Below are positions 11,569-23,859 of a DNA stretch of 40,968 nt, one piece after another. Positions within the stretch are counted from its first letter, which is position 1. Each line of letters begins with the position of its first letter. Source of the DNA: Octopus sinensis (lineage: Eukaryota); NCBI RefSeq assembly GCF_006345805.1, contig NW_021828081.1:1-40968 (forward strand), read 5' to 3'. The notes under the pieces are model-generated. The model searched no databases, was not told the DNA's origin, and saw only the letters and a list, made by a program, of their open reading frames with translations. The position numbers were made by a program, and so were the translations under genes.

Positions 11569-12388
11569 GTATGCATGTACGCAACTATTTATGTTGTTTC
11601 ATACTACCTTTACCTTGCTGTTCGACAAATAGGTGCTGATAAAAATCACTACCAGACTGGATTATAGGGTCGACTTGTTGGTTTGGCTCCAACACGTCTT
11701 CAATCAAATAGCTGAAAACTGTAAAAGACTAATTGAAATTGGGGTTAAAATGCAAGCTCTGCAATTAACGAAATAGTTTAGTAACATGCAAGTCTTAATG
11801 AAAATGGGAAACGGTACAAAATAATTAGCATATTCATTAGCAGAACAGAGAGGACAAATGATTTACACCCCTAGGCAGACGTATATATGTACTTGGGTGT
11901 ACGCTCGTATACAGACCAGAAATACACACACGCACACACACACACGCGCACACACAAACATACACATAAACGTATATATGTGTGTAGACGTACACTCATT
12001 TACAACGTAGAGATACACACTCACAAACACGCACGCACACACGCATACGCATACATACACACGTATATATGTGGGTGGATGTACACTCATATACAACACA
12101 GATACACACACACACATACACACACGTATATATGTGTGTAGACGTTCACTCGTATATAGCACAAGCGATATGCACTCACTTTCTACACTCATCTAATACA
12201 CAATGGTATACGCTCATACACATACGCACGGGTGTATATAATGTATGTGCATATTCACATACACACAGACACATAGGCTTATATGTAGACATACACTGAC
12301 ATACGCACTTCAGTACACAATTGTACACTGACGTACATGCATAGAATACACACACACACACACACACTCATATATATGTGTTTATATG

Positions 12389-12419
<31 letters not shown>

Positions 12420-12420
12420 A

Positions 12421-12788
12421 TACTCTTTACTCTTTTACTTGTTTCAGTCATTTTGACTGCGGCCATGCTGGAGCACCGCCTTTAGTCGAACAAATCGACC
12501 CCGGGACTTATTCTTTGTAAGCCCAGTACTTATTCTATCGGTCTCTTTTGTCGAACCGCTAAGAGACGGGGACGTAAACACACCAGCATCGGTTGTCAAG
12601 CAATGCTAGGGGGACAAACACAGACACACAAACACAACACATATATATATAAAATACATATATACGACAGGCTTCTTTCAGTTTCCGTCTACCAAATCCA
12701 CTCACAAGGCATTGGTCGGCCCGGGCGTTATAGCAGAAGACACTTGCCCAAGATGCCACGCAGTGGACTGAACCCGGAACCATGTGGC
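12421..12788 (-). mobile_element. SINE family C, head end truncated
   Basis: TACTCTTTACTCTTTTACTTGTTTCAGTC...GGACTGAACCCGGAACCATGTGG with internal CA/TA tract. Confidence 0.92.
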
Positions 12789-12790
12789 TA

Positions 12791-12831
<41 letters not shown>

Positions 12832-12967
12832 TATTATATATAAAATTAAATAAGAAAATATAAAGGATATACAATCGACAAAACATAAGTCATCTATTTA
12901 TTAATTGACTACAAACTTGTGCTTTAATGATACAAATAAGCGAATGAAATCAGACAATAAATGCGTA

Positions 12968-13003
<36 letters not shown>

Positions 13004-13657
13004 GTATATATGTGATATATATAATATATATATAATATATATATTAGTATATATTATATATATAATATAGAATAATATAAATAGATGAATGTACAGATAC
13101 AAATCCTTACGGCCGTTTCTACCATGAGGCATCAATATCTCCTAAGGCATCCTCATCACGTCAGTGATATACAGGGATGAACAAACATTGGACAGAGATT
13201 GGAGAATGGTTGAGCCCCAAGGCTTCTTCAGAGAGTACAAATGTTAGGAAGCTAACATATGGGAAATTCAGTTAGAATAATAGAATAAGGTAAAATAAGA
13301 TAAAATAGTATAAAATAGATAAAAATAAAAATAATGTAATGTAATGGACATGGTAAGGAAAGGTAAGAAAGGTAACACTTCATTACATCACAAACTCACA
13401 CTCGAGTGGTTTACCACCAAGTGAGTTCTCTAAGTCACACTTGAGTGGTCGACCATTTTCCGTAAGAATGTTTTAACTCAAGTCTTAAGACATCGAAACA
13501 CACGTACATTACGCAATGCTCCTACTGTGATATCAACCACCTCATGGTACCTATTTGTGGCAAAGTAGACTGACATACTGCAGAGGTCCAAGCACAACAT
13601 TTTATACTGGTTCATTGATGGATTTCGAACCAACGTCGCTTCACTTTACAATCGACG

Positions 13658-13893
13658 TTACTCTTTAATCTCTTTTATTCTTTTACTTGTTTCAGTCATT
13701 TGACTGCGGCCATGCTGGAGCACCGCCTTTAGTCGAGCAAATCGACCCCAGGATTTATTCTTTGTAAGCCTAGTACTTATTCTACCGGTTGCTTTTGCCG
13801 AACCACTAAGTAACGGGGACATAAACACACCAGCATCGGTTGTCAAGCGATGCTGGAGGACAACACAGACACACAAGCATATACACACACATA

Positions 13894-13936
<43 letters not shown>

Positions 13937-14105
13937 CTATACGACAGGCTTCTTTCAGTTTCCGTCTACCAAATCCACTCATAAGGCTTTGGTCGGCCCG
14001 AGGTTATAGAAGAAGACACTTGCCTAAGGTGCCATGCAATGGGACTGAACCAGGAACGATGTGGTTGGTAAGCAAGCTACTTACCACACAGCCGCTCCTG
14101 CGCCT
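13658..14105 (-). mobile_element. Full-length SINE family C
   Basis: Colinear with 18419-18903; block ACCTTAGGCAAG resembles the CORE-SINE core. Confidence 0.92.
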
Positions 14106-14261
14106 AGTTAGTTCAGTAATCTTTATTTATTTGTTGTTTTGTATTTTGTTTCTGTTTTTGTTTTTTGTTTTGTTTACACCTCGTCTCTTAATTCTTTAAA
14201 ACACTGAGAAGCTATAAGCAATACAGATCTATGTTTTCATTAAATGTATGTTAGCTTTTGG

Positions 14262-14690
14262 TGCTGTTGTTGCTGTTGTTGTTGTGGTGGTAGTGGTTGT
14301 GGAAGTGGTGGTGGTGGTGGTGGTGGTGGTGGGTGGTTGTGGTCGTGGTTGTGGTGGTGGTAGTAGTTGTGGTGGTGGTGGTGGTGGTGGTGGTGGTGGT
14401 GGTGGTGGTGGTTGTGGTGGTGGTTGTGGTGGTGGTGGTGGTGGTGGTGGTAGTGGTGGTGGTAGTTGTGATGATGATGGTGGTGGTTATTTTTTTGTCA
14501 TTGTTGGTAGTAGTGAAGTGTTTGTAGGAGTAGTGGTGGTGGTGGGGTGGTGGTAGTAGTAGTAGTAGTAGTAGTGATGATGATGGTGGTGGTATTGATG
14601 TCGCCATCGTCGTAGTAGTAGTTGTAAACGTCGTCAACTCGGTCGCCGTTGTCGCGGTGGTCGCGGTGGTGTCGTCGGTGGTATATGGTT
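14262..14690. repeat. GGT/GTT/GTA trinucleotide block
   Basis: Directly visible. Confidence 0.95.
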
Positions 14691-14891
14691 AAAAGCGCGG
14701 GTCAGACAGGAGTGGTAGTTAAACTTAATAAATCAGCAAAAATTACTTTATTTTATGGTTTAAATAAGGACAAACGTTAACTACTAAAGTTTTATTACAG
14801 AAAGTGTTAATAAGTTTTGGCTTGAGAATTCCAGGTGTCTTACAGGAAGTCGAAATGGGTTAAATGTCTGTGGTTATACGATTATTAATAA

Positions 14892-15279
14892 CTAGCAGTA
14901 TCGCCCGGCGTTGCTCGGGTTTGTAAGGGAAATAACTATATAAACATTTTTAGAGAGTTATAGCCAAAAAATAGCAAAAAAATGCATTAAAAATGGAAAA
15001 AAATTATGGTAATTTTTTTTTTAATCGTTGACTCATCGTAGACATTTTTAGAGAGTTACTTACCTTATTTAATAGCGAAAAAATGCATTAAAATGGAAAA
15101 TGATGGTAATTTTTTTTAAATCGTAGACTCATCGTAGACGCGCGCTAATACCCAGAAGGCTCGATATGAATCATGACTAAAGATACCCGTTTTGGTTAAA
15201 CTGCACCGCAAAATGTGGGAGTAGTTAGGAATCTAAATCGTAGGAGACAGACACACAACCTTACTTTTATATATAAAGA
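14892..15279 (-). mobile_element. Non-autonomous Helitron, copy 2 (388 bp)
   Basis: Same A|TC...hairpin...CTAG|T termini as 9146-9548 and highly similar interior, but different flanks. Confidence 0.85.
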
Positions 15280-15289
15280 TAACTTGTCT

Positions 15290-15460
15290 GCTAAAAGCGC
15301 AATGCCTAAAATTGGGTGAGAGGTTGCTAGTCGATTACATCGACCCCAGTGCGCAACTGGTACGTAATTTATCGACCTCGAAAGGATGAAAGAGAAAGTC
15401 GATCTCGGCAGAATTCCATATTCAGTCTAAGCATTTTTGCCTAAGTCCCGCATTTTTTTT
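15290..15460 (-). mobile_element. Diverged SINE family D
   Basis: GTCGATTACATCGACCCCAGTGCGCAACTGGTAC...GAAAGGATGAAAG block. Confidence 0.75.
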
Positions 15461-15509
15461 CACTAATTCGCTGATGAAGGAAACTTGTACTTCCTTCTCT
15501 ACCAACGCT

Positions 15510-15601
15510 GCTATTGCTGCTGATGCTACAGTTGCTGCTGTAGCTGTTACTTTTGCTGTTGCTGTTGTTGCTGCTGCTGCTACTGCTTCTGCTGCTGGTG
15601 G

Positions 15602-15635
<34 letters not shown>

Positions 15636-15775
15636 GGTGGTGGTGGTGGGGATGATGATGATGATGGTGCTGATGATGATAATGATGATGGCGGTGGTGG
15701 TAGTGGTGGTGGTGGTGGTGGTGATGATGATGATGATGATGATGATATGATGATGATGATGATGATGATGATGAA
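15510..15775. repeat. GCT/GAT/GGT trinucleotide block
   Basis: Directly visible. Confidence 0.95.
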
Positions 15776-16073
15776 ACGTTTTCTTTGTCAGAAAGCGTCT
15801 GATGAGAGAGCCGTCTCTCGTTTATTTGTCATGAAAAGTCTATTGATGTATGCAGTAAAAAGTAAAACGCAAAAAAATTCAGTTATTACAGAAACCTCGC
15901 TGACATATTTATTGTCACGCTACACCAGGCATTATGGTAGATGTTACGTAGCAGTTGTAACATACCCACTCAGCCTGTTTTCGCCCCATCCTCTGTTTTC
16001 AATACATTGTATATGGTTTTATAGTACCTTCCTTGACTGAGGGGAGATATGTTGACTAACAAATCGTCTTCAG

Positions 16074-16131
16074 CTGCCTCGAATTACTATTTCGGGCAAG
16101 AGGAAAGCCCCTTGCTCTCTCAAGATGCACA
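16074..16131 (+). CDS. Candidate 58-nt internal exon of host gene (ASNYYFGQEESPLLSQDA)
   Basis: Branch-point consensus TGACTAAC (16053-16060), acceptor TCTTCAG, donor CA|GTAAGT; non-repetitive; no stops. Confidence 0.6.
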
Positions 16132-16285
16132 GTAAGTTTTTCTTTTTTCTTTCTTGCTGCTCAATAAGGAACTGAGAAACAGATGAGCATTTCTTTGTCA
16201 TACAGCTTTACCATATAGACTTTTTTATGTGAATTGATTTACATCTACAGCCTGTCCGTTCGTCGTAACTCCAGAAAAGGATAAT

Positions 16286-16426
16286 AAAGATCTTGAAATA
16301 GAAATTGGCAAATGTGAAACCTCAAGTCTAACATAATACCTATCGTTATTGGTGCCCTAGGAATAATAGCAAAAGGGACTGATTGCTACCTAGCTCGGAT
16401 ACCAGGAAATCCAAAAATGGAGGAAG
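16286..16426 (+). pseudogene. R4/Dong-type retrotransposon RLE C-terminal fragment
   Basis: Translates KDLEIEIG...NIIPIVIGALGIIAKGTDCYLARIPGNPKMEE. Confidence 0.8.
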
Positions 16427-16939
16427 ACTTGGACATTTTTTGTCTGATTCTCAATTCGAACTTACTATGATTCCTTCCCTTGACGAGTGAGTGTGTTTGG
16501 GTGCGTTTGGGAGTATTACTATCGCTGTTGTTGCTGTCGTTGTTATTCATGTTGTTTACATTGTTCAAATTATGTTAATTTCTACCAGGAAGTTATATTT
16601 CTTTTTCTTGTGAAATAAATATATTTTGTTAAGAAATTAAATTTATTTTCTTTCTATAAACATATTTTATTTCGACCGAATTTTTGGTTTTCAAGAGCTG
16701 TAGTCATTTAATTTGTTTATGAGTGGTAGAAATAACTTTTTGTTGTTTTCTTCGCAGTTTAGTCTTTTTTCGCCCAAACAGAGAAAAATTAATGTAATTA
16801 AAATTCCTATCCATCTACTTAGAAATTCCAATTGACAAAATGTTTTTGCATGATGTTTCATATTTACGATATGCTAAACGTAGAGGAAACACGTCCGATT
16901 ATCTCAAAAAAATAAACAAAGACAACACAACCTTAATAG

Positions 16940-16962
16940 AAGTAGTAGTAGTAGTAGTAGTT

Positions 16963-17008
<46 letters not shown>

Positions 17009-17026
17009 TATAGTAGTAGTAGTAGT

Positions 17027-17067
<41 letters not shown>

Positions 17068-17161
17068 TGTGGTAGTAGTAGTAGTAGTTGTGGTAATAAT
17101 AGTAGTAGTAGTAGTAGTAGTGGTGGTAGTAGTAGTAGTAGGAGGAGGAGGAGGAGGAGTT

Positions 17162-17196
<35 letters not shown>

Positions 17197-17281
17197 TATG
17201 GTGGTAGTAGTAGTAGTAGTGGTGGTGGTGGTGGTGGTGGTGGTGGTGGTGGTGGTGGTGGTGGTGGTGGTAGTAGTAGTG

Positions 17282-17317
<36 letters not shown>

Positions 17318-17335
17318 CAACAACAATAATAATAA
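16940..17335. repeat. GTA/GGT/GGA trinucleotide block
   Basis: Directly visible. Confidence 0.95.
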
Positions 17336-17402
17336 CGTAGCGGCAGACGAAGTACCGCTAAGGGTTCCGCTCAGCGTGCTAAATCAAATAATAATAATAA
17401 TA

Positions 17403-17598
17403 ATCCTTTCTACTATAGGTACAAGGCCTGGAATTTGTGGGGGAGGGAAATGGCTGATTACATCAACCCCAGTACTTGACTGGTACTTAATTCATCGATC
17501 CCGAAAGGATGAAAAGTAAAGTCAACTTCGGCGGAATTTGAGGTCAGAACTTAGCGGCAGACAAATTACCGCTAAGCATTTCACGTAGCGTGCTAAAT
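17403..17598 (-). mobile_element. SINE family D (second tail type)
   Basis: Central block present; tail CCTTTCTACTATAGGTACAAGGCC. Confidence 0.8.
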
Positions 17599-18005
17599 AG
17601 AAAATGAAAATAAAGATTGTGAAATCTCAAGACTAAAACAATACCTATCGTTATAGGTGCCCTAGGAATAATAGCAAAAGGGGTTGATTGCTACATAGCT
17701 CAGATACCAGGAAATCCAAAAATGGAAGGAATTCAAAAATTCTTTTCTATTCTAGGCTCAAGGCCCGAAATTTTGGGGGAGGGTGCTAGTCGATTATATC
17801 GACTCCCAGTGCGTAACTGGTACTTATTTAATCGACCCCGAAAGGATGAAAGGCAAAGTCGACCTCGGCGGAATTTGAACTCAGAACGTAGAGGCAGACG
17901 GAATACCGCTAAGTATTTCGCCCGACGTGCTAACGTTTCTACCAGCTCGCCGCCTTAGTGCTCATGGGAATTGCCCATATCCTACGTAAAGTATTGTCTA
18001 TGTAA
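17595..18005 (+). pseudogene. R4/Dong-type RLE C-terminus split by a SINE
   Basis: KTKTIPIVIGALGIIAKGVDCYIAQIPGNPKMEGIQK [SINE] VLMGIAHILRKVLSM*. Confidence 0.82.
17739..17956 (-). mobile_element. Full-length SINE family D nested in the R4 fragment
   Basis: Head AAGGCGGCGAGCTGGTAGAAACGTTAGCACG on the minus strand; R4 coding sequence resumes on both sides. Confidence 0.9.
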
Positions 18006-18167
18006 TCTCCAAAATATTTTAATCCGTAAACAATGTCAAAATACTTTTAAATGTTCATAACAACAAACACCTTTTGCTGTAATCTTAACATCAGACTATC
18101 ATCTTATAATTAAATTAATTTTAAAACAAACTTCTAATTTGCTTGTTTTGACAGACATTCTCTAGAA

Positions 18168-18637
18168 CAGGGGTTACCAAACATTTTTCTCAGTGAGCCA
18201 GATAACTGAGAGGATGATGAGCGCGGGCTGCATAACCATTTTGTTTAATACAATACGTGAATACACGAAAAATAAAGACAACCAACAAATGTATTTACCA
18301 AAAAGTTATCAAAGAAGGTGATGTTATCAATAAGATAGTTATATTATACCCGGTGCACACATATCCGAATCTAACAAACTAAACAGCAAAAGGGGTTAGT
18401 GAGATTTGTGAAACTGTTACTCTTTACTCCTTTACTTGTGTCAGTCATTTGACTGCGGCCATGCTGGAGCACCGCCTTTAATCGAGCAACTCGACCCCGG
18501 GACTTATTCTTTTGTAAGCCCAGTACTTATTCTATCGGTCTCTTTTGCCGAACCGCTAAGTAACGGGGACATAAACACATCAGCATCGGTTGTCAAGCAA
18601 TGCTAGGGGGACAAACACAGACACAACACACACACGC

Positions 18638-18723
<86 letters not shown>

Positions 18724-19535
18724 CATATATACATATATACGACGGGCTTCTTCAGTTTCCGTCTACCAAATCCACTCACAAGGGTTTGGTCGGCCCGAGG
18801 CTATAGTAGAAGATACTTGCCCAAGGTGCCACGCAGTGGGACTGAACCCGGAACTATTGTGGTTGGTAGACAAGCTACTTACCACACAGCCACTCCTGCG
18901 CCCGTTGTTTAGATTTTAAAATATCATCAATATTTGCTTTGGAATTGCTGCATCCAGCCAAGAGAATTCTTTTCAATTGTTCATCAGTCATCCTCGTTCG
19001 AAGTCCTGACTTCACAGACATATGTTGTTCCAAACAGTGATGCCATGCCAGAGGCAAATTTCTTTAAATTTGAAAACACATCAGATAAGCAGCGATAAAA
19101 TTCAACAAGTATTCCTTCTTCTCTGAGCTTCTCTTTCAACAAGCCATTTACTTGCAAATCAGTGAGCACCAACTGTAGTTCGAATGACACGTCATCAAGT
19201 TTACAATCAAAGTGAATCTGGAATAGAAGAATGTTACTCTCAATTCTGTCGAGATCTGAAAAATCTTTCCGAAAAATGCTTATTTTAATCACAAATAATC
19301 TTTATCGGAAACTCAAGGTTGACATCTTCTGCGATTCCAGTGTGAAGTTCTTCAAAACACTGAAAATGAGAGAAGTTTCTTCCTTCCAGTTGTGCTTCAA
19401 ACAATGATAGCTTTCTTCGAAATTCTTTGATGATTCCGTAGAGATCACAGACAAGGTTATCCTTTCCCTCAAGTTTGAAGTTCAATTCATTTATGCTGGA
19501 TGTGATTCCAACCAAAAATGAAAACTTTCACTGCC
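18168..19535 (-). mobile_element. hAT transposon of the Buster/SPIN/Charlie group: transposase C-terminal pseudogene plus right end
   Basis: FLVGITSSINELNFKLEGKDNL...LQLVLTDLQ...EFYRCL...ASLFGTTYVCE...RTRMTDEQL...KSKQ|QFHKSH* (stop 18396-18398). TIR CAGGGGTTACCAAAC at 18168, preceded by CTCTAGAA (nnnTAnnn target). Confidence 0.88.
18419..18903 (-). mobile_element. Full-length SINE family C inserted in the hAT transposase C-terminus
   Basis: Removing it and one GTT (18416-18418 / 18904-18906) restores TCT AAA CAA CAG TTT CAC AAA TCT CAC TAA. Confidence 0.93.
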
Positions 19536-19603
19536 AGGCAGGATCTGACAGAAGAGGGGTTCTGCTCTATCCTTCTTCGGTGAGAAAACAGCTATTTCTT
19601 TTT

Positions 19604-19740
19604 CACCATGTCGTGTACACATGGTTCTGATACATGTGGTCGGTGTACCCTTATCAGACGGGCAGTCATGATGGGTATACTGGGCTTCGTGTATTAGACC
19701 TCAGTGTCACTTTGATGGCATGCTCTACTCTCTCCCTCTC
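19604..19740 (+). mobile_element. AAT-associated non-coding retroelement, short 3' piece
   Basis: Ends GGCATGCTCTACTCTCTCCCTCTC-AAT, homologous to the 3' end of the other copies. Confidence 0.8.
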
Positions 19741-19756
19741 AATGATGATGATGATG

Positions 19757-19820
<64 letters not shown>

Positions 19821-19846
19821 TAATAATAATAATGATAATAATAATG

Positions 19847-19877
<31 letters not shown>

Positions 19878-19886
19878 TAATAATAA

Positions 19887-20401
19887 GATCTTAACTGATT
19901 GGAGGTGTTATCATGTACATTGTTTTGTCTTGGTATAAAAGATGGGCTACAGCAAATATTCTGCTCAATACCACAGATTTGCTTGTCAGTTGTTTGACCT
20001 TAACCAGTTGAGCATGTCCCTTAGTGGCTGACGATATGTGCATCTCTGATCACGAGCAGAAGTAGTGGGGGAGCATCATGGCCATGTGTTGAGAAGGATT
20101 CTTTGGGGTTTGAATAATTCACCTCTGGAAACATGGGTGTTTCGTTCAACGTCCTTAAACAACCCTTATTCAGGGACCTTTTGAGCGGAATGGGTTACTC
20201 GATCTGAAGAAAATTCTAACTGGGCTCCACCTGCAAGGTCATGTGCTGTTTATCTTGATATGAGATCACCATGTCGCGCACATATGGTTGTGATGCATGT
20301 GCCTAGTGCACCCTTATCAGACGGGGAGTCATGATGGGTATACTGGGCTTCGTATATTTTACCCCAGTGTCACTTTGATGGCATGCACTGCTCTCTGACT
20401 C
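19887..20401 (+). mobile_element. AAT-associated non-coding retroelement, near full length
   Basis: Flanked both sides by (AAT)n; ends GCATGCACTGCTCTCTGACTC-AATAAT. Confidence 0.88.
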
Positions 20402-20436
<35 letters not shown>

Positions 20437-20450
20437 TAATAATAATAATG

Positions 20451-20499
<49 letters not shown>

Positions 20500-20500
<1 letters not shown>

Positions 20501-20887
20501 TGGTCTGATGTAGTACCAGGCACTGGCTCTCGTGGTTTCTGATCTTAACTGATTGGAAGTGTCATCATGTACATTGTTTTGTCTTGGTATAAAAGATGGG
20601 CTACAGCAAATATTCTGCTCAATACCACAGATTTGCTTGACTTTAACCAGTTGTTTGACTTTAACCAGTTGAGCATGTCCCTTAGTGGCTGACAACAAGT
20701 GCATCTCTGATCATGAGCAGAAGTAGTAAGGGAACATCTTAGCCAATGTGTTAAGAGGAATTCTTTGGCGGTGGAGGTGGGGTTCCTGAATAATTCACTT
20801 CTGAAACAAAAAAAAACCCAAAAGAACGTAGGCGTTTCGTTCATCATCCTTAAACAAAACTGTATTCAAGGACCTTTTGAGCGGGGT
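20500..20887 (+). mobile_element. AAT-associated element, 5' portion
   Basis: Starts directly after (AAT)n with CTGGTCTGATGTAGTACCAGG; colinear with 19887-20190. Confidence 0.8.
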
Positions 20888-20909
20888 TGTTATTTTGCTA
20901 TTTTCTCCT

Positions 20910-21113
20910 CGTCATTGTCGTCCTCCTCCTCCTCCTCCTCCTCCTCCTCCTCCTCCTCCTCCTCCTCCTCCTCCTCCTCCTCCTCCTTCTCCTCCTCCTC
21001 CTCCTCATCATCATCATCGTCATCATCATCGTCATCGTCATCGTCGTCATCGTCGTCGTCGTCATCATCATCATCATCATCATCATCATTATCATCATCA
21101 TCATCATCATCAT
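20910..21113. repeat. (CCT)n/(CAT)n microsatellite
   Basis: Directly visible. Confidence 0.97.
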
Positions 21114-21411
21114 CTGTGTATATAGGTGAAGATATAGTATATATAAGGAAGCTGTATAATCACCCTTTTATCATTAGCTTAGAGCAGTCTCAGTTATAAG
21201 TAAGAGCGCACACAGTCGAGTGCCCGGATGACATCCTGTCGCTTCATTAGTGATTTAAGATGCGTGCATTATTAGTATAATGAGTTCTAATAACTGGTTG
21301 TTACTCCTGCTATGGCAAAACTGAATCACAACATATATATGTATATATATACACGCACTCACACACACATTCACACGCGCGCGCACACACACACACACAG
21401 ACAAACACACA

Positions 21412-21448
<37 letters not shown>

Positions 21449-21457
21449 ACACACACA

Positions 21458-21597
21458 CAGCAATACTTCATTTTGCGAGGGCTTGCTTTACGACCTCCGG
21501 ATTTACGAGCTTTTACAAGTTTTATTTTCTGTTTACGAGTTTTCGCTTTACGAGCGTTCTCCGGGAACGAATCAACTCGTATATCGAGGTGTAATTG
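21458..21597. mobile_element. Degenerate Tigger/pogo-type MITE
   Basis: Imperfect TIRs CAGCAATACTTCATTTTGCGAG / CTCGTATATCGAGGTGTAATTG + TA; several internal TTTACGAG-like repeats. Confidence 0.45.
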
Positions 21598-21625
21598 TAT
21601 ATATATATATCTTAAAACGGGTATG

Positions 21626-21898
21626 CGAAGGATGCATGGCCCAGTGGTTAGAGCCACGCGCTCGCAGTCATGAAATAGTGAGTTCGTTTCCTGGACTGGG
21701 TTGTGTGTTGTGTTCTTGAGCAAGACACTTTATTTCATGTTGTTCCAGTTCACCCAGCTGTAGAAATGAGTTGTGACGTCACTGGTGCCAAACTGCATCA
21801 GCCTTTGCCTTTCCCTTGGATAACATCGGTGGTGTGGAGAGAGGAGTCTGGTATGCATAGGCGACTACTGATTTTCCATAAACAACCTTGCCTGAACT
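21626..21898 (+). mobile_element. SINE family B, second tail type
   Basis: GGATGCATGGCCCAGTGGTTAGAGC...TTGAGCAAGACACTTTATTTCA...CCATAAACAACCTTGCC. Confidence 0.88.
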
Positions 21899-22138
21899 AT
21901 ATATATGCATATATATAAAATGGAGTTTGTATGATTGTGTATAGAGGGATATATATTATATCCCTTAATATTCTACATTCAATATTTCATTCATTCAATA
22001 AGACAATCAATACTTCATTTAATTTTACTATATATATATTATTTATACTATATATTCTATATTCTACATTAATAATATAAAGAATATGAATAACACATAA
22101 AAAACAGAGTTGGAATTTCTTTGAATATATATATATAT

Positions 22139-22290
22139 GACGGATTTCTTTACAGTTTCCGTCTATCAAGTCCCCTCGCAAGGCTTTGGTCGGCCTGAGG
22201 CCTTAGTAGAAGACACCTGCCCAGGACGCCAGTGAAACTGAACCCAGAACCATGTTGTTGGGAAGCAAGCGTTTTCCTAATCACATGGTT
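22139..22290 (-). mobile_element. SINE family C 5' half, diverged
   Basis: CAGTTTCCGTCTATCAAG...GAAGACACCTGCCCAGG...AACCCAGAACCATG. Confidence 0.75.
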
Positions 22291-22342
22291 CTAGGTTCAG
22301 AGCCTCGCCACCCGTACATCCACCCATCTATACATACATACA

Positions 22343-22389
<47 letters not shown>

Positions 22390-22692
22390 TGTGTGCTTGT
22401 GTGTGTGCACGCGGCCATTTGTGTGTGTGTAATATTTATAAACAAACCTGAAGACTTTGTAAGTTACGGAGAGAAAACGACTATGGAAGTTAATAGAACA
22501 ATAATATCTATAATGATATATCATAATAATACATATTCTCCGATTTAAAGCGATATTTATATATTAACAAATTAACTGAAGAATGATGAGCAAACTAGCC
22601 AGAACGGAACCCACATATCAACGCTTACGCAGCTCCATGCGCATCCGACAGGGCCAAACGCTCACCCATCAATTTCAGCTAAATATATATAT

Positions 22693-22922
22693 TTCTATAT
22701 TACTCACAAAGGGCTAAACATAGAGGGGACAAACAAGGACAGACAAATGTATTAAGTCGATTAGATCGACCCCAATGCGTAACTGGTACTTAATTTATCG
22801 ACCCCGAAGGGATGAAAGGCAAAGTCCACCTCGGCGGAATTTGAACTCAGAACGTAGCGGCAGACGAAATACTGCTAAGCATTTCGCCCGGCGTGCTAAC
22901 AATTCTGCCAGCTCACCGCCTT
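22693..22922 (-). mobile_element. Full-length SINE family D with 20-bp TSD
   Basis: TTTCAGCTAAATATATATAT at 22673-22692 and 22923-22942. Confidence 0.93.
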
Positions 22923-23091
22923 TTTCAGCTAAATATATATATATACGCAAACACGATTATGTATGTTTTCCAATATTCCTGATGTGTCATTGTGTCTGCG
23001 TTTGTCCCCCACTACTACTTAACAACCGGTGTTGGTGTGTTTATGTCTCCGTAGCCAAATGGTTCCGTAAAGAGACCGATAGAAGAAGGAT

Positions 23092-23292
23092 CATTGATGT
23101 TATTGAAGGGAAAGGCAAAGGCTGATACCGCTTGGCACCAGTGACGCCGCAACTCATTTCTACAGCTGAGTGAACTGGAGCAACGTGAAATAAAGTGTTT
23201 TGCTCAAGAACACGACACAGAGCCCAGCCCCGGAATCGAACTCACAACCTCACGATATAAGCCCGACGCTCCAACCACTGAGCCATGCACCT
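23092..23292 (-). mobile_element. SINE family B, 3' truncated
   Basis: Reverse-complement match to 21626-21830. Confidence 0.85.
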
Positions 23293-23859
23293 TCTAGCAT
23301 TGAGATTGTGTTAATATATATCACTAGCGGAGATACATCGCTGCTATCTCCAGCGTCCGAGCATCTGCCATTGATAAGGACAGGGAAGGCTGAAATCCCG
23401 TGACCTGGCGGCCTCGTTGCTGACGCTGGTGGGTGATTTATCTCCCTGCTAGCAGTATATAAATAAGAATGCATTTTGCACCAAACCCATGATAGTTTCT
23501 CTCGTTATATCTACCGCAGTATGGTTTGTTCTAACACAACATCCACGTTTAAGTGGGGGATAGATATTAGCTCTCGGCATTAATACTGCCTCTGCCACTA
23601 TTATTCATATGCATACATATACCTGCAAGCAAAGGATGCAGCAGAAAAATCTCCCGTATTTTATACGGAAACTGATTTGGCTGTAGGCAAGTTAGGCAGA
23701 TGCTAATATTGCCTTCAAGTAGCAAATGTTTTACCATTTGTTTTTATTTAGATATCATTGTAGTTTGAATTGTTCTATATTACGTGTTACCGTTGAAACG
23801 TTTATCAAGAATGGTAACTCTGAATAGTTTTGTCGCCCCTTGTATTTATTTTTATCGAC

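Noticed and set aside
15798-15825. CTGATGA followed by GAGAG-CCGT-CTCTC stem
   Set aside because: Followed by GTTT rather than GAAA, with no stem I or III; not a hammerhead. The same applies to CTGATGA-AGGAA...TTCCT near 15471.
15892-15936. 45-nt phase 1-1 exon candidate (TSLTYLLSRYTRHY)
   Set aside because: Weak acceptor tract and weak GTAGAT donor; no supporting motif.
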